DNA of 64,000 nt. Origin: Chlorokybus atmophyticus. Taxonomy: Eukaryota > Plantae > Mesostigma and Chlorokybus algae. Every line of letters starts with the position of its first letter. The stretch's first letter is position 1. Under the pieces are notes generated by a model that did no database searches, was not told where the DNA came from, and worked only from the letters and a program-made list of their open reading frames with translations. This document shows, one piece after another, positions 23,628-34,286 of the stretch. Made by a program: the position numbers and the translations under genes. The stretch lies in assembly GCA_009103225.1 (NCBI GenBank), contig RHPI01002568.1, forward strand, positions 447,742 through 511,741. The letters are read 5' to 3'.

Positions 23628-26447
23628 TGTTAAGAACTAGTGTGCATGTATGCGCCCTACCTCATACATGCACTCACACTAGGGGAACAACAAGTACAAT
23701 AGCATGTCATCAATAAAAAGAAGTTTGTTCCCATTGCAATTCCACCTGTATGCGCCACATACAGTGACTCTATATACTAAGCTAGTCAACACTAGAAAAG
23801 ACTAGTAAACCCTAGTCAAAGTCAACTTAATTCAACACTAGTCAATGGTCAAAATCTACCCTAGTCAACCCTAGTCAAGGGTTAAAGTCAAAGTTGACCG
23901 TAACTCTCGTAACTCCCGTAACTCCTGTTGACTGTAACTCCCATTGCATAACCGCCGCACATGGTCCAAGTAACATCAACAGACTGACTATATTATAAGC
24001 ATACTATTCTAGCAAACCTCGTATGCTTAACCTTCAACATGTACTATAAGCATACTATACTAGCAAACCTCACATGCTTAACCTTTAACACAATGCTTGT
24101 TCGGGGCTGATCGCATTTCGTACCTGGGGCATGAGGTAGTGCCAGACGGCGTCTATGCGTCTATGAAGGACGCCTCCTCCACCAAGTACTGCTCGCACTC
24201 GGAACCAAGCTAAGTCCTCCCAGCTTCATTACAAGGAGATTGCCACCATCTCCTCCTCCTTCTCCAACCTACATCATAGCGCTAGAGTGCAATTCTCTCA
24301 CCCTTCTTGCTATTGGTGCTCCCGTAAGTGGACGTCTTCATTTGGGGACATTGATACTTGAAGTGACCACGCTCGCCGCAACGCCAACACTCCTTGCCGC
24401 TACCATGAGTGCCTTTCTTTACCATACCAACCGTAGCTGCATCTGGTCTTTCTTCTCAACCTTCCTTCTGCAAGCGCTGCTCTGCTCGAAGAAGCCGTGG
24501 TATTACGCCATCAAGTGTCAACTCCTCCGTTGCAGACTCTATAATGGTCACCACCACCCTGTACTCCTTTGGCAACCCTGAAAGCACAACCCACACCACT
24601 TCTTGCTCTTTCAACTCGTGCCCTACACCCAGCAAGTCCTTCCACAGCGCCTTTGCACGCGCCACAAACTTGGTGATTAGCTCTCCACTCTCTTTTCGCA
24701 ATGCGTTCAGCTCTTGCATCAACTGCAGCCTCCTCGCTATATTGCGAGCTTTGAAGTGGCTCGCAAGGTTTGCCCAAAACTCCTTTGCACCTTTGCACTC
24801 TCTCACTATGATCAAGTGATGCTTAGCAACATGCAAACCCAGCAATGCCAAAGCTTTCTTCCCTTCTTTCTTTCAGGTTGCCTTCTTTCCGGAAGGCACA
24901 TCCTCCGTGGGGTCCACATACTTCCACATGTCCTTGTATACCAGCAACAGCTCCATCTTAATGCTCCAGGTGCTGTACTTGTCCACGTCAAGCGGCTCAA
25001 TCGTGATCTTCATGTTGTCCATGCTTCCTTGGCGTTGGTTGCCCTTCTGCTACACACAGAGCCCGCAACCTACTCCCCTTAAGCAACCACAACTTCCTAC
25101 ACGACCACAACACACTTACACTCTAAGCATGTGTGGGCCCATAACCTGTTAAGAACTAGTGTGCATGTATGCGCCGTACCTCATACATGCGCTCGCATTA
25201 GGGGAACAACAAGTGCAATAGCATGTCAACAACAAAGAGAAGTGTGTTTCTGTTGCAGTTCCACCTATATGCGCCACATACAGTGACTTATATACTAAGC
25301 TAGTCAACACTATAAAAGACTAGTTAACCCTAGTCAAAGTCAACTCTAGTCAACACTAGTCAACGGTCAAAGCCAACCCTAGTCAACCCTAATCAATGGT
25401 TAAAGTTAAAGTTGATCGAACTCTCGTAACTCCCGCAACTCCTGTGGACTGTAACTCCCATTGCGTAACCGCCGCACATGGTCCAAGTAACATCAACAAG
25501 CTGACTGTACTATAAGCATACTATACTAGCAAACCTCATATGCTTAATTTTCAACATGTATAATAAGCATACTATACTAGCAAACCTCATATGCTTAACC
25601 TTCAACAGCACCTCCTCCCCGAGGTCCACATACTTCCACATGCCCTTGTGTACCAACAACAACTTCATTCTGATGCTCTATGTACTATGCTTGTCCCCGT
25701 TCAATGGCTCAACAATAACCTTAATGTTGTCCATGCTTTCGGTATACATGCCCCTCCACTACACGGAGAACTTGCAACCTATATCCCTACCAACAACCAC
25801 AACTTCACGCACTCCTAAGTATGTGTGGGCCTATAACCAGTTAAGAAATAGTGTGCATGATATGAGTTCATGAAGCGCATGAAATGCGCGCCCATGAACT
25901 CAAGAACTCGTTAATGAGTTATGAGACTCTTGTGCCCCTAGTGCCTTGGGCACTTGAGGGCACAAGCACTCACTGGACGTGAGTTGTGAGTCACAAGCTC
26001 CTTATCTAGTCGCTTAAAACCCTAGCACGGCGGCGCCATCCTTGGCGTGGGTGGCGAGTGTGGTTTACTTGCATGCGCCCTATCTTTTACATGCGCTCAA
26101 ACTAGGGAAACACTAAGTGTAATATATAGGCATGTCAACACCGAAGAGAAACACATTGCAGTTCCCAATATGCACCATATACAGTGACTTATGTAATAAG
26201 CTAGTCAACACATTAAAAAACCAGTCAAAGTCAACTCTAGTCAACATTAGTCAACGGTCACATTCACCGCTAGTCTACATTAACCAACGGACAAAGTCAA
26301 CACAGACCATAATGTCATAACTCCCATAGCTCCTGTTAACCGTATCTCCCATAGCATAACTGCCGCACATGGTCTAAGTAATATAAACAAGCTGACTGTA
26401 CTATAAGCATACTATACAAACAAACCTTATATGCTTAACTTTAAACA
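23628..26447 (-). mobile_element. Rearranged cluster of Copia family-B elements: three LTRs (23628-24090, 25147-25607, 25839-26447) and two gag remnants
   Basis: PBS reverse complements at ~25133-25146 and ~25825-25838, gag ORF 24456-24851, zinc knuckle at ~24320-24365. There is no matching outer TSD. Confidence 0.85.
25860..26073 (+). mobile_element. DIRS terminal-repeat remnant (repeat A plus start of spacer) inside a family-B LTR
   Basis: Aligns to the reverse complement of ~40470-40683 and splits the LTR at GTGCATG|..|TGCGCCC. Confidence 0.88.
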
Positions 26448-27087
26448 CATCTGGCGCATAAAAATACCACAATGCACCCCCTTTGCGTCACACAACAAAT
26501 TTGCATAGAACTTGAGTATTACCTCCGGGCACAGCCGCAAGAGGCGCTCCCAACTTACAAGCACCACAGCTTGTGGTTTTGGCTGCGGGTCTGGCTGGGC
26601 TTATCGGGTTTCCAATGCGGCGCTGAGCAGTCTGCCAGCATGATGGGAATTCAACGCTTGTTCGCGCAGGGCTGCAGACCCGATCTACTTGCATTGTGGC
26701 AGCTGCAATTGGAGGGTAGATGTAGGAGCAAGGTTTCTACTCTTTGTTGTTAGGTGTAGCACTATGGTTGTGCACAGTTCAACTTATTGGTATAATGCTA
26801 GAATTGCTGTATGGAATTGATTGAGAGCGACAATAAATTTATTCTGATATTGTGCCAGTATTGGTTGAATACAGCATTAGCATGCTGACAATATCAGCTT
26901 GCGCCAATAATGGCTTATAACTATAGTTGCCTTAATCACATGTGCCAGCATTAGCACATGGTGTTCAAGTGCTAGCACTGGCATAAACTCTCGTATACCG
27001 GTGCTGGATTGAGTATTGTGCCAAGCATGGCACCAACTTGTTGTGCCAGCTACAACCTATATTGGGCGTGCTAGTGCTGGCATCAAA

Positions 27088-29107
27088 CTACTTGTGCCAG
27101 CGACCAATATGTGAATTAGTGACCTGTACCGTTACGAGTGGTTTTCTACCAGCTTTACATGGTATTGGGCCCAAACCCAAAAAGCCCGTGCCAGTTATGG
27201 CACACGTGGTGTGTGCTAGTATTGGCTCGAGCTGCAGGATCCATGTCTCAGCGAGTCGTTTAGGCAAGATTATCTTATCATACAGACGAGTGCACTGTTT
27301 GCAAGCCGGCAACTCTTGGTGGGGTGCAGATGCGAGCGGCGCCACAATTATGTGATGTGTGTCTCGCCATATCATGGTGTCTGTTGCTACGTGCCTTGCA
27401 TTAAATAACAATGATGATTGTCAAGCTGCGCGCATGCATGCACTACCATAATAAAGTGCATGACCTATTACACTGGTTACACGTGCACTTCTACCACTTG
27501 TGGCGGCTACCTCGTCATCAATACAGCCGTGGGCTCAGCGCAGCTGGTTTCTTAGCTCTCCGCAGCTATACTATACTTCTCGTGCACGTGCACACACATA
27601 TGGTGCTATTGTCACTGTAGTTTTGGCTAGTCTTCCAGGCTGCAGCTTGCCTCCGGTAAATGCCTCACCCCTGTGCACGCGCGATCGGAGCACCCATGCC
27701 GGTTCGTCGCATTGTTGTCACTAGGATGCCAACATGTGGGGGCCGAATAACCTCTATCAGTAAAGGCAAGAAGAAAGGGTATATATCCGCGGTGCAAAAG
27801 CACGCGAGCAATTGCTAAATTGCGTTATGTATAGCTTGCAATATCTTTGACTATTGAGTTTCACATGGATACTTCGGCTGTTCAAAGTCTTAATAATTGT
27901 TTGCTAGTTGCACTGTGCGTGTGTTAATGCGTGCCCGTGCAGGCGAGCTTGCACGCCATTGGCCACTGCCGCACCATGCTGCAGATCAGCGGCCAAAGCA
28001 GGTCACACCCTGTCAACTCGCAACTTGCCATCTGCTAAGGCAGGCAGCCAACCTGCACTTATGTGTCATTGCATAGTGATGCGGCGTTGTCGCCTGCAAT
28101 CTATGGCCTGCCGACACACACCTCAAGCCAAATACGCAGTTAAGATAGCGCCCAGCAACAGCTAATGCACCACTTGCTTGTGCGACCAGGCCATGGCTAG
28201 CTGCATCGCTGTGTGACACCTTGATATTAACATTATACAATGATGACCAACTAATAAATGTGTTTGTTTTATTAGTTGTGTGCAATGCCGCACTTGTCTC
28301 AGAAAGGGCACACTTGCTCAAGTGCCCTGTCGGTCACAACTGCGATTTATGACGCACTGCGTAACAAGGGATTATTAAAGTCACGAGAGGCGGATTATAT
28401 AGTGAGCGGGGAACAAACGGGCTTTTTATCTTTTGCTTGTTGAGACACGCAAATGCTGCATAAACCCAATAACATCGGCGCAGAGAAGCGACACGCAACT
28501 CTTGCTAGAACGGTTGTTACTGTGAGGGGCCAACTAAGATCATTGAGCTTGATATACGCTCTATGGTTGTGATCGTAAGCCACCAGACGCTCCCATGTCT
28601 GTGGTTGATATTATCAATGTGTATTGATTGAGAGCCATTGACAAAATCAGCTAAACATTTGGAAAATTAAAACCATTGCTGCGGCCAACGGCCAATGATC
28701 ATTTGTCGCGGCAGGTTGTACCCAATAATGCCCATGCCTCCATGGTAATGCTACTTTGCACCGCACATCACCAGCGATCTATGACTTTGGTGGCGCGCGG
28801 TGCAACGCTATGCACATCGGGGCAGGGGCAACTTTTTTGATGGCCGCGCTGCGTTATCCGCCGAAATTGAAATGGCCCGGCTAACATGAGACAACGCCAG
28901 GCACAATGCATTAAGTGAAGCTGCACTCAAGCAAAAGTGAGTCTTCCACATAGCATCAGGCCAATGTATAGACACGACTCTATTTAACCACGCTTGTGTC
29001 CGCGGAAAGCAATACCAAATGCTGACATGCTCTCGCATCGCAGCAACAGCTGCCCATGAAGTGCTTGTGGAGTGCATGTCCTCTCCATCTGCTGGCAAGG
29101 ATAGCAA
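27088..29107 (-). pseudogene. Degenerate Harbinger transposase
   Basis: WYCFPRTQAW..WKTHFCLSAASLNALCLAL (HARBI1-like N-terminus), MQLAMA..YLNCVFGL and FNARH. It is heavily decayed and the DDE residues cannot be placed with confidence. Confidence 0.6.
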
Positions 29108-29343
29108 ATGCTAACGCCGAGCTTGGGAACTGGTCAATGCCTGCCCAATTGTGGCGATCAATGCCCCAATAATGGCCAGTAACATGCCTCAAAGTACTGC
29201 TGCTGCTGGAGCATCCATTGTGACTCTGCACACACAAAAGGCTAAGAACTAACGGGACTAAGTGAACAGCGACACACGCACACGCACAGGTCGCTTCGCA
29301 CACACATGCATATGCCAACTCCCACTGTGCATGCGCGAGCACG

Positions 29344-29440
<97 letters not shown>

Positions 29441-29441
29441 N
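29344..29441. other. Poly-C run ending in N: assembly join, probable artefact
   Basis: About 97 consecutive C followed by an N. Confidence 0.8.
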
Positions 29442-29867
29442 GCACACATTGAGAACCAACACACACTAACACATAGACGCACGCACGCTGACTCTGATAT
29501 TGCACACACAATACTAGAGCAAACTCCTGCGCACACGCACACACATGGACACGTACGCATGCCTACCTGTAGTTGTCAACTTTCAAGCAGCTGCTCCCAC
29601 CCACATGCTGCCCCCCGCCGCCGCCGCCGCCGCCGCTGCTGCCACCCACCACGCCGCCTTCCAGGCCGCCACAGCCGCCTCCAGTGTGAGCAAACCCTAC
29701 ACCAGTATCGCGAGAAACGACGTAAACTTTTGTGAATCTAACTGCCAAAAACATACTCTGAACCCGGCAGTAAGATTTAGGGGGACGATCGCTTAACTGT
29801 GCTAACATGGCAAGGTTAGGCGCTGTTAACCTTTGCACCTTTAACCTTAGATGTAAAGACCCTCTTA

Positions 29868-31233
29868 GTCGAGGAAGCTGGTGCAGCCCCGCCGCGCGCC
29901 GACGCTCTCGCTGTAGCCGCCGCTAACACCTCCGTGCCTCCGTGGAGCGCACCAAACGCGAGGTAGCTTCCGGAGCTGCTAGGCACATCCCTCCCTCCGC
30001 TCTCGGGCCACTTCCCTCGCTCAAGCATGCACTTAAACGATGCATACTCGGATTGCATCACCGCTAGGGCTCTTGTCACCTCTAACATCTTTAAGGCTCT
30101 TCCTTCACACCCGAGTGAGCACCTGCTGCACCTTCTCATGCTTGTAGAAACAGCTCTGGGTGCTTACACCAGCACTTGGCCTCAGCGTGCCCTCCCTTCT
30201 TGCAATGAGAACACACGTCCTTCTTGCCACCCTTCCCACAATTCTTTGCAATGTGACCTTGCTTGCCGCACGACCCGCATTTAGCATCCGACACACCTTC
30301 CACACTCGTGTTGTTGGCGTGCGAGAGCTGCCCGGATTTGCCGTCAGCTGCTTTGCTCGCTGCCACGGGCTTGGAAGAGCTCTTCTCCTCCAATGCTTCA
30401 AGCAACTTCAACCCACGACGCTGCCGGTCGATGTTTTTGAGGTACTCATGCTGAATCTCGGCCATCTCGACCACCTTAAACAACTCCGCAAGCGTGTACG
30501 TACCAAACTCTGGCTGAGTGGTAAACATGGTCTCCACCTTCAGCCTCAAGTCCCCCCCAAGCTGTTGAAGGTACACCACCCCTGCGGTCTGCTCCGTCAT
30601 CATCTTGTAGTCCGTGTCCGTCAAGAGCTTGAGCATATGCGTGTACATCATCCTCGCCGTCTCACCGGTGTGGCGCTTGAAGTAGCTCAGCTCGCGAACC
30701 TTGGCAGGGGTTGATTGTGGGAAAGTCTTCCTCAGAAGCGTTTTGAACTTAGTCACGGGCTGCTCCTTCTTCCACTCCGCCTCAAACTCAGCCGGTGCAC
30801 CCACGCGCAACGCCCTCTCTCGCATCTCCAGCTGCTCCTTGAACTCTCTCCACGTGCTCAAGGCTTCATCTTTAAGTTATCGAGGCAGCATCTTGAAGGC
30901 CTTGTGCTCCTCCCACCCCGACTTGTCGCGGTACTCCCATTGGACCATCTCAGAGTCGAAGCGATCGATGGAGACGTGTCGGTCCGCCGTGCCGGGCCTC
31001 CCACGGAACTTTGGTGTGCTATCCATGGCTGAAGCTGAGTCAAACACCACCCCACCCTCGTCTTCGTAATCGGACTCCTCGTCACTTGAAGACTCCACCT
31101 CTTTAGCGACGCCCTCCACCACCGAAGTGATCGCCCTTCTCGGCGCTCTTTTCTTCGAAGCCGCTTGCGTGGGTCTCTCGTGCCAGTCCTCACCAGTCCG
31201 TAGGGGCAGGAACACGCTTGCTTCTCACTTCAA
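29868..31233 (-). pseudogene. gag: Gypsy gag (5' part) with two CCHC zinc knuckles
   Basis: ORFs 30877-31215 and 30136-30861; CGSCGKQGHIAKNC and CSHCKKGGHAEAKC. It continues at 21276 beyond the Harbinger. Confidence 0.85.
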
Positions 31234-31298
31234 CTCGAGCAAACTCATCTGATGGGTTGAGCCTTGGTTAGCTTGTGTGACAGTTGGTTGAATGCAAG

Positions 31299-31424
31299 TG
31301 AAAAATGCGTGTCTCCTTGCAAAAGAAAGGCAAGGTGACCCCAACTTGACTTGCACTCAGCCGTTTGCTCATACAACTCAGTCCTCACACATGCTAAGGC
31401 AGCTCATACGGTGCATCAAGGTCG
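31299..31424 (+). repeat. Middle part of repeat C
   Basis: Aligns to ~14108-14233. Confidence 0.8.
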
Positions 31425-31810
31425 TAAGTCGGGTAAAGGCTCAGTTGCAGGTGCTCGGCCTCGCTGCCCCCTATGCGCATCATATAGTACACATTGCGAG
31501 CAACGCTATAGCACAGCACCGTGCGTCCATGTAGCTATTCTTCCATAGTGAGTAAGGCACGCTCAAGTCCAAGTAACTTGCGATATGTTGATGAAATTAA
31601 GCACTCATCTGTTGGTAATGTGCCTTTCACCACGGGGGTAGCTGTGCTATGGTGCACTAGTCCCCGACCAGTGCCGCTAGCATCTACGAGCTGGACCATG
31701 TCTGGCTGCATTTTCGGCTACATAAATGCCATCTTCATCACCTCAAAGTGGTATAGCAACCACGTCAACTCAAGTCCACCTTGCGCAGAACTATGTTTGA
31801 ACTCCAGGAG

Positions 31811-34162
31811 TGTTAAATGTTATAGCTTGTTGAAAGTACATGTATAGGCGGCGCCTACATGTAGTTGGTACGATCAGCTTAACCTTTATAGTTACGGGAG
31901 TTACGAGAGTTACGAGAGTTACGGGAGTTACGGGAGTTACGGCAGTTATGGTCAACCATGGTCAACTTTGACTTTGACCGTTGACTTTGACCATTGACTA
32001 GTGTTGACTAGTGTTGACTTTGACCAGAGTTGACTAGAGTTGACTAGTGCTTAGTAGCATAGTATATAAGACACTGTATACTGCTTAATACAGTGGGTCG
32101 CACATTGTCTCTGTAGTTGGCGTGCTTGCTGCACTTGTCCTTAGTGTGTGCACACTTGTATGTAGGAGGCAAATACACACACACTAGGCGCATCACTAGT
32201 TCTCAACAGGTTATGGGCCCACACTCGCTTGTGTGATTGCTTGTGCTAGTGAGAGAAAGTGTTGAGCATAGGCGCCTACTAGTAGAGTGTTCTTGGGGAG
32301 AGGGTGAGTTGTACTATTGTGTAGCAAGCAATGGCTGACACAGATAGGATGCCCATCGAGTCCCTTGATCTGCACAACTACGCTTCATGGTCACTGAAGA
32401 TGAAGTTGGTGCTGATCCGCAAGAAGCTCTGGAGTTTTGTCGACCCCACCTCCTCCACATCATTGCGGCCAAGAACAGGTGACACTGGTACCTGGACAGA
32501 GAACTCACAATCAGCTTTTGCGCTGATAGGCTTGCACGTTAAAGACTTTCATCTCCCTCTTATTGCGGATTGCAAGACTGGACGTGAGGCGTGGGCGGTC
32601 TTCGACACCCTCTTCAAGGCCAATAGCAATGCGCGCAAGTTGCAGCTGAGACGCAAGCTGACACTTCTGAAGATGGAGCACAACGAGCCAATATAGAAGT
32701 ACATCTCGCGTGCAAGGGAGCTTTGGCAAGACCTTGCAGCAGTGGGCCACGACGTGAAGGAAGAGGAGGTGATGTGGGCAGTCTTAGCTGGCTTAGGAAA
32801 GAGCTTTGCTACGCTAGTGACTGTGTTGGAGTCCTCAGATGTGGTTTTGAAGTTTGCTGATGTAGTGCCTAAGCTGCTAGCTGTGGAAGGCAAGTTGGAT
32901 GTTCAGGAGATAGAGAATGGTGGAGAACCTATCGCACTATCTGCCTCATCTTCTCAACACACACGCAGCAGGAGCAAAGCAGGTGGTGGGAAACCATCAC
33001 GTGACAAAGAGTGTCACTACTGCAAGATGAAGGGCCACTTCATTCGCGAGTGCCAAAAGAGGATCCACGATGAGGCAACCAAGGAGGAGCACGCCACGAT
33101 GGCGATTGCTTTCTAGCATTGGTGAGGACCTCAAGGAGTTGCAGTGGATGGTGTTCGTCCGTCCTCTCCCACTGCAAGAGCGCGTGAAGGACATGCGTAG
33201 ACGGAGGTCGCAGACACAAAGGTCTGTGAGAGTTACTGCTAGCCTATGAGTAGTTGCTGGTGTTGAGCTGCATACATTAGAGGTTGCATTGCTGTTGAGT
33301 TGTTTTTTGGTAGCACACAGGTGTGCGGTACTGGATAGAACACTTCAATTGATTGGCATGCAAGGACTTAGTTGTATAGCTAGCTAACAGGAGATGGGAT
33401 GGGTGCTTTCCTTGGTAGAAGGGTCTGATCAACCCTTGCACGGCCTACACTCTGGTACAGCATTGCTAAGGTAGAGAACTCAGTGTAGTTTATAGCATAG
33501 TTTGCCATTGAGGGAGTCCTCGAAACCACCTGAGCAAGGTCAGGCGTGGCGTGGTGGAACCTGATGCGACAACTATGAGGAGGAAACAAGGAGTATTGGA
33601 ACCTTGTAATCCTGGTGGCAGCATGAGGAGAAAGATGGTGTCATGGAGATAAGCATCAAGTCCGTGGGAGCAACAGATCCGTGGGAGTGTTCAATGGAGT
33701 AAGTTAATGTGGGTAAGCTTGCGAGAAGAACTTGGAGTTCAAGGTCAAGCTGCTCGCGTGGGAGTGTTAAATGTTATAGTTTGTTGAAAGTACATGTATA
33801 GGCGGCGCCTACATGTAGTTGGTACGATCAGCTTAACCTTTATAGTTACGGGAGTTACGAGAGTTACGAGAGTTACGGGAGTTACGGGAGTTACGGCAGT
33901 AATGGTCAACCATGGTCAACTTTGACTTTGACCGTTGACTTTGACCATTGACTAGTGTTGACTAGTGTTGACTTTGACCAGAGTTGACTAGAGTTGACTA
34001 GTGCTTAGTAGCATGGTATATAAGACACTGTATACTGCTTAATACAGTGGGTCGCACATTGTCTCTGTAGTTGGCGTGCTTGCTGCACTTGTCCTTAGTG
34101 TGTGCACACTTGTATGTAGGAGGCAAATACACACACACTAGGCGCATCACTAGTTCTCAACA
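31811..34162 (+). mobile_element. Non-autonomous gag-only Copia element A2 (youngest copy)
   Basis: 398-bp LTRs (31811-32208 and 33765-34162) that differ at 3 sites by eye, TSD AGGAG, PBS at 32209, gag 32331-33116 with one internal TAG. Confidence 0.96.
31950..32069 (+). promoter_or_regulatory. LTR U3 array of 12 TTGAC(C/T) motifs followed by a TATATAA box
   Basis: 10 forward and 2 reverse TTGACY in 31950-32045, TATATAA at 32063-32069. The same module is present in all A and B LTRs. Confidence 0.6.
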
Positions 34163-34286
34163 AGGAGCAGTGCGTCTTAGTTAAGCGGCATGTATGCCAA
34201 GTTATAAGTTTGACTGCAGGCCCTTACACAGGGAACATACATCTTAGCTTGCCATAAATCCCGGCCAGCAATTTTATTAGGACATG

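Larger units (their letters stand above)
21280..29864. mobile_element. Full-length PIF/Harbinger DNA transposon (8.6 kb including nested inserts)
   Basis: TIR GAGGGTCTTTACA(C/T)CTAAGGTT, 21 of 22 bp matching, and TSD TTA at 21277-21279 and 29865-29867. Contains convergent Myb/SANT-like and transposase genes. Confidence 0.9.
15043..31298 (-). mobile_element. Ty3/Gypsy retrotransposon body: gag-PR-C5 DNA methyltransferase-RT-RH-INT-PHD (decayed; contains a Harbinger and a solo LTR)
   Basis: Domain order is read from minus-strand frames (see sub-features). The gag frame rejoins across the Harbinger (ASSTK|MVQQE). Confidence 0.9.
31430..34286 (-). pseudogene. DIRS RNase H fragment (31430-31810 and 34168-34286), split by copy A2
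   Basis: The reverse complement aligns with 36515-37020 (DASGTG.G motif). Confidence 0.8.

Noticed and set aside
29344-29441. 97-nt poly-C (poly-Gly/Pro ORFs, G-quadruplex or i-motif candidate)
   Set aside because: It ends in an N at a contig join and is typical of a sequencing or assembly homopolymer artefact.
31880-32045. Regular short repeats resembling a CRISPR array or iterons
   Set aside because: There are no unique spacers and no cas genes. They are tandem 6-10-mers inside Copia LTRs.
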